Below are positions 9,697-18,442 of a DNA stretch of 64,000 nt, piece after piece. Source of the stretch: Opitutales bacterium. Lineage in GTDB: Bacteria > Verrucomicrobiota > Verrucomicrobiia > Opitutales > PNEW01. The stretch lies in assembly GCA_965197745.1 (NCBI GenBank), contig CBDANS010000007.1, positions 608,001 through 672,000 on the forward strand, given 5' to 3'. The translations under genes and the position numbers were made by a program. The first letter of the stretch is position 1. Each line of letters starts with the position of its first letter. Below the pieces are notes generated by a model, which searched no databases, was not told where the DNA came from, and saw only the letters and a list, made by a program, of their open reading frames with translations.

Positions 9697-10693
9697 TTAA
9701 GTGAGAGAGTTCCCGGGTATTAATGGTTTTAGGATTGATGTATATGAGAGATCTTGGCGAAGTGAGGGCGTAGCCCGAACGCGGCCAAGATCTGAAAGGA
9801 ATGTGACAAACTCTTGTGGGCTTTTAAAGCCTAAACGACTGTGGGGATGATCATGGTTATAGGTCTGGCGCCATTGTTCGATTACAACTTGTGCTTCAGC
9901 CACGCTGAGCAACACTTCACGGTTCAAACACTCATCGCGTAAGCGGTTGTGAAACGACTCGATGAAACCGTTTTGCCAGGGACTGCCCGGATCGATATAT
10001 ATCGCCTTGATCTTTTTGTCGGACAACGACTGCTGCACTTGATGAGCAATGAATGGCTTCGCATGTCGTCGCTTCGCTCCTCGGAACACTGCCGTTGTCA
10101 CTACGGATATAGCTGGGAGCTCCCTCCTTTTCAATGGCCTCGCTAAGCACAGAGAGGACATCCGATGAGGTGAGTTCACGAGCGACCCGGATATCCAGAC
10201 ATTCACGCGTATATGTCTTCGCTTCGCTTGAGTGTCGTCGCTTTCAGCTCCTCGGTACATCGATCAGAGTCATCATCTTTAATGGACCGCCATGGTCTGT
10301 GCGATCATGGACAAAGTCCCAGGACCAAAGGTGATTGCGACCGGTTGCTTTAGTAGGCGACCCCGTAGAGACCCCTTGACGGTGTCTACGCTTTTTAGGT
10401 GGCTTTACCTGCAACCCTTCTGAACGTCGTACTGCCTGAACAAACTTCCTGTTTGTTGTCCAGCCTTCCTTTACGAGCAAGGCACGGATGCGCCGGTAAC
10501 CGTAGCAGGGATGTTCCCAGGACAGGGTTATAATCCGCTCGGCCAACCGCTGAGCTTTCTTACTGGCCTGCTTGGGCTGGTAGCTGAAAGTTGACCAACT
10601 GAGGCTGAGGTAGGAACAAGCCCTTCGCAACGAGCACAGCCCTCTCTCAGCCGCATCTTTTACTACTCGCTTCTTCTGCTTGGGGCTCACCAC
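9697..10693 (-). pseudogene. IS3 OrfB (integrase core) split by two micro-insertions (10057-10087, 10217-10258)
   Basis: WSWDF, RSDNG and PGSPWQNGFIES motifs lie in three ORF pieces. Confidence 0.85.
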
Positions 10694-10953
10694 TTTTTTG
10701 ACAGCGTTTCCTCCATTACCTGATTCTTAAGCATTTGATCAGCGAGCATCTTCTTCAACTCGGTGTTTTCTTTTTCCAGCTCTTTAAATCGCTTCGCATC
10801 GGCTAGTTCCAAATTGCCATACTTTTTACCCCAGCGATAGAAGGTCTGTTCACTCACGTTGTTGCCTCGGCAGATTTCCTCTACCGTTTTTCCGGTATCG
10901 GCTTGCCGCAGTATTGCGATGATCTGTTCTGTTGTGTATCTTTTTCTTTTCAT
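10687..10953 (-). CDS. IS3 OrfA (HTH) with A AAA AAG -1 frameshift site at 10693-10699
   Basis: MKRKRYTTEQIIAIL...SEQTFYRW; AAAAAAGTGGTGA junction. Confidence 0.92.
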   Translation of the reverse strand: MKRKRYTTEQIIAILRQADTGKTVEEICRGNNVSEQTFYRWGKKYGNLELADAKRFKELEKENTELKKMLADQMLKNQVMEETLSKKW

Positions 10954-11336
10954 GAGGTTATCTGTTTATCCCGATAACCTCTCTCTGTTAATGATACCAT
11001 TTTTGGGGGTCACTCCACCGTTTATACAGGCATATTGTGACCAATGGAATACAAGCCGTGTATACGATGGTATACTTCTGATGATGCTGAAATGCGAAGG
11101 GGTACAGTAATTAATATCTGCCCATCACCCTTATTGCAAAAAATGTAGTATCTGCCTAAACCGATTAGATGAGACCGAGGGTAGGGAACATTGACACCCC
11201 CGCCCCTCTTGATGAACTTGATATTATAGGCACAATTTATCCTTTATATTGAATATCAGAATGTTTTTAATGCACCAGAAATGCACCAGTGAATTTATAA
11301 GTTTAATTATTGCTGTCTTAAGTATTTGAATATCAA

Positions 11337-11717
11337 GCTGAGGAGAGGTGGCAGAGTGGCTGACTACGAAGGTTAGAAACCTGAGACCCCATGTGCCTGG
11401 CTGCATCAGGCACAGTAGAAGTAAAATCGACTTTACATTATTCCATGAGTCGCAAATCGTCAGGCTGAGGAAAGGTGGCAGAGTGGCTGACTACGAAGGT
11501 TAGAAACCTGAGACCCCATGTGCCTGGCTGCATCAGGCACAGTAGAAGTAAAATCGACTTTGCATTATTCCATGAGTCGCAAATCGTCAGGCTGAGGAAA
11601 GGTGGCAGAGTGGCCGACTACGAAGGTTGAAAACCTGAGACCCCATGTGCCTGGCTGCATCAGGCACAATAGAAGTAAAATCGACTTTACATTAATCCAT
11701 GAGTCGCAAATCGTCAA
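11337..11717 (+). repeat. Three tandem 127-bp units, each starting with the tRNA-Ser 5' end
   Basis: GCTGAGGA starts at 11337, 11464, 11591 and 11718; units nearly identical. Confidence 0.95.
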
Positions 11718-11722
11718 GCTGA

Positions 11723-11812
11723 GGAGAGGTGGCAGAGTGGCCGAATGTGCCTGACTCGAAATCAGGTGGTGGAGCAATCCACCCGGGGGTTCGAATCCCT
11801 CCCTCTCCGCCA
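11723..11812 (+). tRNA. tRNA-Ser(CGA)
   Basis: GGAGAGG acceptor stem; CCTGA-CT-CGA-AA-TCAGG anticodon arm; long variable arm; GTTCGAATC; encoded CCA. Confidence 0.96.
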
Positions 11813-12356
11813 GTTCAATTGCGGATTGTCGATTGTCGATTGGATAAGATTTATCAATGGCGGATTTATTTTTGCTTCGAGTTGGCTCTGGCGGATTTGC
11901 GTGAGGTCACGACAATGGCGGTAATTTCGTTTGCTTCTTGTTTTACTTCTTGGAGGTAGTTGTAAGGAAGAATTCCCGATTCTTCGGTTAGCTCTAACCA
12001 GAATAGAGTTTCGTCAGCTTCTTCTTCAACAATACCAAGTTTTGCTATGAACTCCGTTTTGCTTCTTGCTCTACAAGCTGATCGATAATTCGAAGCTACA
12101 GATGTTCCACATCGTACGATTTGATTGCTTATAATTCTTGCGGTTGAAGTTTTGGGTAATGCTTCAACCATTTTCAGTATTTTCAAAGCAAAAATTTTAG
12201 TCCTATTCTTCATTATATCTGGATTCATATAATGTAAGAATTCGGATAAACTCTGTTTTTTATTAAGGCTTTAATCGAATTTCTCAATCAGCAATCGAAA
12301 ATCGAAAATCGAAAATCGAAAATTCCCCAAGATCCCTCCCTCTCCGCCAGTTCAAT
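11795..12356. mobile_element. Mini-island bounded by a 25-bp direct repeat of the tRNA 3' end
   Basis: ATCCCTCCCTCTCCGCCAGTTCAAT at 11795-11819 and 12332-12356. Confidence 0.75.
11866..12228 (-). CDS. Four-helix bundle protein (23S rRNA IVP / TIGR02436-like)
   Basis: QIVRCGTSVASNYRSACRARSKTEFIAKLGIVEEEADETLFWLEL; flanked by heptamer repeats. Confidence 0.92.
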   Translation of the reverse strand: MNPDIMKNRTKIFALKILKMVEALPKTSTARIISNQIVRCGTSVASNYRSACRARSKTEFIAKLGIVEEEADETLFWLELTEESGILPYNYLQEVKQEANEITAIVVTSRKSARANSKQK

Positions 12357-12791
12357 GTTAGATGTCGCCCACGCGGTAGCGGGGCTTGGTAGTCGATTTC
12401 GGATTTTCGATGAGGGATGTCGGGCTGTGCCCTCGGTAGTCGATTGGATAGAATAGCCACCAGCCGTCGTCCCGCGGTGGCGGGACTATGGCCGGCAAGC
12501 AAAAGGCACTACCAGAGCGCAGCGAGATCTTCCAAAGGCAGAAGAGATAATAATTTAGATAAGTATTTTTCAAGATAAGCTGTTTGGTAACCGACAGGAA
12601 CAATCGGCATTCGTACCGAGGGCGTTGCCCGACATCTTCCAAATCGACAATTGGCTCGTCCCTGAGATGCAAAATTAGGACCGTGACCAACCATCGCTTC
12701 TCTTCCCTGCGTGTGAAGGAAATTAGTCATTGAAATCCTGTCGCCGGTGCAGTTATAATGCTGATTAAATTTTAAAGCGAGGAAAGTTCAA

Positions 12792-13667
12792 ATGCTTGAT
12801 TTCAAAGTGAGTCCGTTACCCGGTAATTTCGGAGCCGAGGTCACGAATATTGACGTCTCATCTGATAAATTTACGGATGTGACGTTTAAAGAATTATTAC
12901 AGGTATTATATGATAACCGGCTAGTGGTTATTCGTGATCAAATGCTATCCAAGGCGGAATATCTGGCATTTGGAAAGCGATTTGGAACGCCCATTCCCCA
13001 CGTCCTCACGGAAGTGCGAATGCCGAATTTTCCGGAAATGTTGGCTATTACCAATACCAAAAAAAGTGATGATAGCGACAAACCGCGCAATGGTGCTGCT
13101 CAGTGGCATACCGACCAATCCTACGATGCGGAACCGGCAACAGCGACTATGCTCTATTCCATAAAAGCACCCAAATACGGTGGAGAAACGCTTTTCTGTG
13201 ATATGATGAGTGCTTATGAAGCTTTACCTGAAAAAACGCGGGCACAAATTGATGATCTTGAAGTTGAACATCTCTGGGGTAGAGGAGTTGCCGCGCGCCC
13301 GGAAGATATAGCGCCTCAGAAACTCAGTCGGAATCAGGCTAATACGGTGCCCAGAATCACACACCCGCTTGTAAAAAGACATCCGATTACAGGAAAGAAA
13401 ACCCTCTATTCAGTGATTGGAACAAGTCGTGGGATAATAGGTATGTCCCACGTAAAGGCTAAAAAGCTGCTAAATGAGCTTGGGAATCATGCCTTTCAAG
13501 ACTGTTACAGGACGATGCATAAGTACCGTGAGAATGATATCACTATTTGGGATACGACAGCAACGATGCATAGTGCGTCTCCCATATCGGAATTCCCGCA
13601 ACCGGAGGATGTCCGTTTGCTATACCGTATCAGCGTGCGGGGGCTTCCAACTGTTTTCCATAACTGA
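12792..13667 (+). CDS. TauD/TfdA-family dioxygenase
   Basis: WHTD, GGETLF, HPLV.RHP.TG, WD....MH motifs. Confidence 0.92.
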   Translation: MLDFKVSPLPGNFGAEVTNIDVSSDKFTDVTFKELLQVLYDNRLVVIRDQMLSKAEYLAFGKRFGTPIPHVLTEVRMPNFPEMLAITNTKKSDDSDKPRNGAAQWHTDQSYDAEPATATMLYSIKAPKYGGETLFCDMMSAYEALPEKTRAQIDDLEVEHLWGRGVAARPEDIAPQKLSRNQANTVPRITHPLVKRHPITGKKTLYSVIGTSRGIIGMSHVKAKKLLNELGNHAFQDCYRTMHKYRENDITIWDTTATMHSASPISEFPQPEDVRLLYRISVRGLPTVFHN

Positions 13668-13855
13668 TTATCGGTGTAAGGGCATTCAGTATGCCCCCGC
13701 TACTATCAGGACTTAGGCCGATCGATATCCATGCGTCCCTCCAATATGCATCCTTTAATTACTGGTATTTAGGGCGTAAACCGAGACGAAGACGAAGCTT
13801 ATTGTGACTGGTCCTTATCTAAAACCCATTAGGGTTAAAACCTTTTATTAACTCC

Positions 13856-14683
13856 TTAATTAATTTCGGGAACAAGATGCCGGCGGTCCACGGGTAAATG
13901 ATGGGTCATTTCTTTGAAAAAATTGACTAACTCTGTCCTGCTCTTGTTTCGTTCAGGGACCTTGTATTCGAGAGCTTTCGGTTTCAATCCGAGATACAAT
14001 ACCTTGCGAGCTTCGGTATCCGTGTTTTCAGAAGCGCCGTGTAATATCGAACTGATAAAGAAAGTGATTTGGCCGGCCTTAGCTAAAACTATAGTGGGGT
14101 CACCAAAAGGGTAATCAGGCAGATCAGGTCTCCGCGATCCAGTAGTGTCTATTAATTCCGGGTGCTCATCGTAATACTTCCCAATGGGGATATGACTTCC
14201 CGGCCAGATTTTAATGGGCGCGCGGTCCGGGTTGACATCGGTCAAATAGATCATCGAACTTATTCCGATACGGCGCGGCCTGGCAGTAATTTCGGAATAG
14301 CGAAATTTGCTGTCAACATGCTCTATCGATACTTTTTTAGAAATTCGAAGGGGATAGGTCTTGCTCATGGCGAACCCGTTAAAGGTTACCTCGTCGGTAA
14401 ATAATAATTGTTTAGCGGCTCCTTCAATAAAAGGATGATAATAAATATTCAGGAGTGCCGGATTATAATATTCATGTAATTTACCGCCCTTGGAAACGAT
14501 ATCACGCGTGACCCTGGTGGCATCATAGATGTCTTTTTTACTCTCCTCATAGGGCAACATTTCATCCATTACCATTGCTGCGGCTTCAATTTCCTCCGCG
14601 GTGAAGGGACCGTCGACAGTGACAGCTCCATCCGTATCAAATCGATTAACCTGCTCTTCACTTAAGCTCTGGGGCGCGATCAT
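13856..14683 (-). CDS. Phytanoyl-CoA dioxygenase (PhyH) family protein
   Basis: HVD, YLTDV, WPGSH, LHG motifs. Confidence 0.85.
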   Translation of the reverse strand: MIAPQSLSEEQVNRFDTDGAVTVDGPFTAEEIEAAAMVMDEMLPYEESKKDIYDATRVTRDIVSKGGKLHEYYNPALLNIYYHPFIEGAAKQLLFTDEVTFNGFAMSKTYPLRISKKVSIEHVDSKFRYSEITARPRRIGISSMIYLTDVNPDRAPIKIWPGSHIPIGKYYDEHPELIDTTGSRRPDLPDYPFGDPTIVLAKAGQITFFISSILHGASENTDTEARKVLYLGLKPKALEYKVPERNKSRTELVNFFKEMTHHLPVDRRHLVPEIN

Positions 14684-14761
14684 GATTTGGCTTTCTCTTT
14701 AAAATTATTTACATAAATCTAATAGGAGTGACCATATACAATAATAAAGTATAGTAATACC

Positions 14762-15163
14762 ATGAATGTTAGCAATCTGGAATTTTCATTCGAGCGAGAA
14801 ATTCAAGGGGAAGATCTTCACCGTTTAATGATTCAATCGACCTGGGGAAACAGGAGAACGGTAACTGGCCTGGGCAAAATGTTGCAACATTCCACGCTAA
14901 AGCTTGGAGTTTGGGAGGGCGAGAAGCTTGTTGGATTTGCTCGAGCATTTTCATATGGCGCCTACCGGTCGTTGATAGAGGATGTTATTGTGGACGAGGC
15001 CTATCGTGGAAAAGGTATCGGCACGAAAATAATGCAGCTTATGATAGAAAAATTATCCAAGGTGGATGAAATTTATCTATTTTGTGGTGAAAACCGAGAA
15101 ACCTATTATCACCGTTTTGGATTCAGCTTGACTCCACATCTCAGCATGCGTCTATGCCCATAA
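14762..15163 (+). CDS. GNAT acetyltransferase
   Basis: DVIVDEAYRGKGIG motif A; YHRFGF. Confidence 0.88.
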   Translation: MNVSNLEFSFEREIQGEDLHRLMIQSTWGNRRTVTGLGKMLQHSTLKLGVWEGEKLVGFARAFSYGAYRSLIEDVIVDEAYRGKGIGTKIMQLMIEKLSKVDEIYLFCGENRETYYHRFGFSLTPHLSMRLCP

Positions 15164-15202
15164 GTGATAACAAATTCTTCAATAATATAAATAAATTTAA
15201 TT

Positions 15203-16675
15203 ATGCGCGTAGGTATAGTTTCCCTCATCCACGAATCCAATACATTCATCAGTATTAAAACTGATTTAGAGATGTTCAAATCCAGTTTTCTCTTATTCGG
15301 AGAGGATGTTTATAAGGCTTTTGCCGGTGGACATCATGAGATCAGCGGTTTTTTCAAGGGTCTCGAAGAAAACAATCTTGAAGCAGTACCTATATTTTAT
15401 GCTTCAACTCCACCATCGGGAACGATCACCCACGAGACTTGCGATGAACTGATGAGATTGATTTTTGCAGGTGTTGAAGAGGCCGGAAGTCTTGATGGCA
15501 TGCTGATTGCGCCACATGGAGCGAATGCGGGTGAAGGGGACGAATATCGTGATCTCGACGGTCATTGGCTTTCTCGTCTGCGCCAGACAGTAGGCGCTGA
15601 TTTTCCGATAATCTGTACCATTGATCCGCACGCCAACCTTTCGCCGAGAATGGTTGAATCTTGTGATGCAACCATTGCCTATCGAAGCACTCCGCACCTC
15701 GATCAAAAGGAACGTGGAATCGAAGCAGCGCAGCTCATGGTTAGGATGCTTCGCGATGAAATCAAACCGACGCAGGCGGCGTCATTCGTGCCCCTTGCCA
15801 TGAATATTGAAGCTCAGCGTACCCTCGAACCACCCTGTTTACCCCTGTATGAGTTGACTGACCAATTACTTTCTCAACCCGGCGTTCTATCGAACAGTGT
15901 TGTCCAGGGGTTTCCCTACGCCGATGTCGAGGAAATGGGAACGGCTTTTATCACCGTCACCGACAATAATCCCGAATTGGCTCAACAACTGTCGAATCAA
16001 CTGGCTGATTACCTTGTCGCTCATCGCAAAGATTTTGCGGGTCAACTAATCAGCGTCGATGATGCGGTCAGCGAGGCGCTTGCGCAGGAAGGCCCGGTGT
16101 GTCTTCTCGATATGGGAGATAATGCTGGGGGCGGTTCAGCGGGAGATGGAACGGTGATCGCCCATGAATTGCTGTGTCGTGGTGAAGTGAAAGCTTTTCT
16201 CTGTCTCTATGATCCGGAATCAATGAATGCTGCCAATAACGCGGGCGTAGGCAAGCGACTTAAATTACGCATGGGAGGTAAAGTCGATAACCAGCATGGG
16301 TCGCCGATAGAAGCAGAAGTCACGGTGCGCAGCCTGCATGAAGGAAAGTATCAAGAAACGGAAGTTCGCCATGGGGGGCATACCCATTTTGATATGGGAC
16401 CAACCGCGATTGTTGAGACTGATTCAGGATTAACCGTCAGCTTGACGACCCGACGCATTATACCCGTAAGCCTGGGATTAATGACGAGTTGCGATTTGGA
16501 TCCCGCTAGTTTTCACATCATTATCGCGAAGGGTGTGCACTCGCCCGTGCCCGCCTATGAACCGGTGTGTAAAAGTTTGATTCGAGTTAATACCCCGGGC
16601 ACCACCACAGCAAATATACGGAAATTCATTTATCACCACCGGCGCAAACCCTTGTATCCCTTTGAGGAGATATAA
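15203..16675 (+). CDS. M81 (MlrC-like) metallopeptidase
   Basis: HESNTF, PHGA, DPHAN, DMGDNAGGG motifs. Confidence 0.9.
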   Translation: MRVGIVSLIHESNTFISIKTDLEMFKSSFLLFGEDVYKAFAGGHHEISGFFKGLEENNLEAVPIFYASTPPSGTITHETCDELMRLIFAGVEEAGSLDGMLIAPHGANAGEGDEYRDLDGHWLSRLRQTVGADFPIICTIDPHANLSPRMVESCDATIAYRSTPHLDQKERGIEAAQLMVRMLRDEIKPTQAASFVPLAMNIEAQRTLEPPCLPLYELTDQLLSQPGVLSNSVVQGFPYADVEEMGTAFITVTDNNPELAQQLSNQLADYLVAHRKDFAGQLISVDDAVSEALAQEGPVCLLDMGDNAGGGSAGDGTVIAHELLCRGEVKAFLCLYDPESMNAANNAGVGKRLKLRMGGKVDNQHGSPIEAEVTVRSLHEGKYQETEVRHGGHTHFDMGPTAIVETDSGLTVSLTTRRIIPVSLGLMTSCDLDPASFHIIIAKGVHSPVPAYEPVCKSLIRVNTPGTTTANIRKFIYHHRRKPLYPFEEI

Positions 16676-16698
16676 GGGGTGAAAATCCTATGATTTTC

Positions 16699-16820
16699 AG
16701 TGTTAAGTTTTAGGTGTTAGGTTTTAAGTAAATTGACCTAAAACATAAAACCTTACACATAACACGCGCATCAGCGCTCCATCGCTTTGCCTTCGACCTT
16801 CGGCCTTCGACTTTTGACTC
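16699..16820. repeat. Inverted heptamer arrays without an internal gene
   Basis: TTAAGTT/TTAGGTG/TTAGGTT facing CCTAAAA/CATAAAA/CCTTACA/CATAACA, then (CCTTCGA/CCTTCGG)n. Confidence 0.65.
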
Positions 16821-17507
16821 CTTACCTCAAATATATACCGGGCGTCCGGTTTATTTCTGTAGCGGGACAGCCGGTTGGTTCGTCAACAGCTAAAGGTCTC
16901 AATGGGTCACCGATATTCCCTTCCCACCAATTTGAAATCTTCGATTTGTAGGTATTGGCATAAGCTTCTTTAATAGAGGATGGATAAATATCATAATCGA
17001 AAAGAAACCATCCTAGGAGGAGAGGGCGATGTTGAGGTGTATTATTAGCATTAGCCGAGTGGAGTAGCCGTGCATCTCCCATAACTATCGATCCTTCACT
17101 GGTCGGTACATTTACGGCATCGGGAACATCTTCAAATACAGGGTGATCCGATGGAAGATTTTCAGTTTTTGAATCATGCGCGATGGGTATTTTGTCATGA
17201 AGGGCGTTGCGCTTCAAATGACTCCCCGGGATGACGCGGAAGCAACCATTCTCGATCGTGGTCTCTTCAAGATAGTAGGAAAGAAACACCTGCATCGGTC
17301 GTGGTTCACTGCTGACGGGTTCGTCCCACCAAAGCCAATCCTGATGCCAATATAAGCGGGGACTGAAGGGGGGCTTATTGATAAGAAATAAGTTACCCAT
17401 CCAACGCACATCGTCGAACCCCATCAATGTTAATCGCGTTTATAACCTTTACACAAGTTTAATTGTGTGTTATATTTACCCTCAATTAAACCAAAATTAA
17501 GGACAAT

Positions 17508-18362
17508 ATGAAAAGTTTCTATGAATTCCAAAAGCAATTCCCTAACGATGAAGCATGTTTGCAACGTATTATGGTTGAGCGCTATGGTGGCACAGAGCTT
17601 GACTGCCCAAAATGTGACGCTTTTAGTAAGTTTTATCGCATGACAAGAGATCGTGGATATGTATGCCAACACTGTGGTCATCATCTTTACCCATGTGTTG
17701 GAACACTTATGGGGAATACCCACCTTCCTCTCCATAAGTGGTTCTACGCCATGTATTTGTTTTCTACTTCTCGGCATGGTGTTGCAGCAATGGAACTGAG
17801 TCGGCAACTTGACGTGCCATACAAAACCGCATGGCGTATGGCGCACGAAATTCGCAAATATATGGCGGACGTTGACGGTGAAAATACTTTGAAAGGTATT
17901 GTAGAAGCCGACGAAATCTATATTTGGGGGAGACATTCTGGGGGCAAGCGTGGACGTGGTGCATCTAATAAAACGGTGGTCTTTGGGATGCTTGAACGTA
18001 ACGGCGAAATAATGACTAAAATTGTTCCTAATGTTCGCAAACACGTCCTTCAACCCATTGTTAAAGAAAACGTGAAACAAGGAAGCATAATGCATACTGA
18101 TGAACTCCGATCTTATAATGGGATTAATAAAATTGGTTATAGGCATAGAACTGTTAATCACGGGGATGGCGAATATAGTCGGGGAGATATTCATGTTAAC
18201 GGGATTGAGGGGTTCTGGGCGCGCTTGAAGCTTTCGATACGCGGGACGCACGTCCACGTTTCGAAGAAGCATCTCCAGAAATATGTGAAGGAGTTTGAAT
18301 ATCGCTACAATCGTCGGGATTGGCCGAACGCGATTTTTGGGGATTTGGTCGCAAATCTTTAG
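17508..18362 (+). CDS. IS1595 (ISXO2-like) transposase
   Basis: Zn-ribbon CPKC/CQHC; VEADE, HTDE, NGIEGFW, YVKEFEYRYN. Confidence 0.93.
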   Translation: MKSFYEFQKQFPNDEACLQRIMVERYGGTELDCPKCDAFSKFYRMTRDRGYVCQHCGHHLYPCVGTLMGNTHLPLHKWFYAMYLFSTSRHGVAAMELSRQLDVPYKTAWRMAHEIRKYMADVDGENTLKGIVEADEIYIWGRHSGGKRGRGASNKTVVFGMLERNGEIMTKIVPNVRKHVLQPIVKENVKQGSIMHTDELRSYNGINKIGYRHRTVNHGDGEYSRGDIHVNGIEGFWARLKLSIRGTHVHVSKKHLQKYVKEFEYRYNRRDWPNAIFGDLVANL

Positions 18363-18442
18363 AGCACGCTGCTTTGATCAGTGCATTAAACCTCGCCTGT
18401 GATTTAGTTGTCATTTTGAGTCATTAAGCGTTCTATTTCTGA

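Larger units (their letters stand above)
9668..11017 (-). mobile_element. IS3-family element (IS407-like), copy 1, 1350 bp
   Basis: TG...CA ends with imperfect IRs (TGATTGGACCCC / TGGAGTGACCCC); orfA plus orfB; near-identical copy at 58844-60193. Confidence 0.95.

Noticed and set aside
10057..10258. Spliceosomal introns, hammerhead ribozymes or selenocysteine recoding as the explanation of the IS3 inserts
   Set aside because: GT...AG ends are present, but bacteria have no spliceosome and the boundaries can slide. There is no complete CUGANGA/GAAA core. The TGA lies inside the insert, not at a Cys position, and readthrough would not fix the second frameshift.
11337..11744. CRISPR array
   Set aside because: The intervening sequences are near-identical rather than unique spacers, the period is 127 bp, and no cas genes are present.
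11866..12228. Diversity-generating retroelement (Avd-like fold)
   Set aside because: No reverse transcriptase and no TR/VR pair with adenine-specific differences in the window.
17430..18272. 280-aa antisense ORF over the IS1595 transposase
   Set aside because: Shadow ORF of a well-supported gene, with no recognisable motif. The many other short overlapping ORFs in the track were dropped for the same reason.
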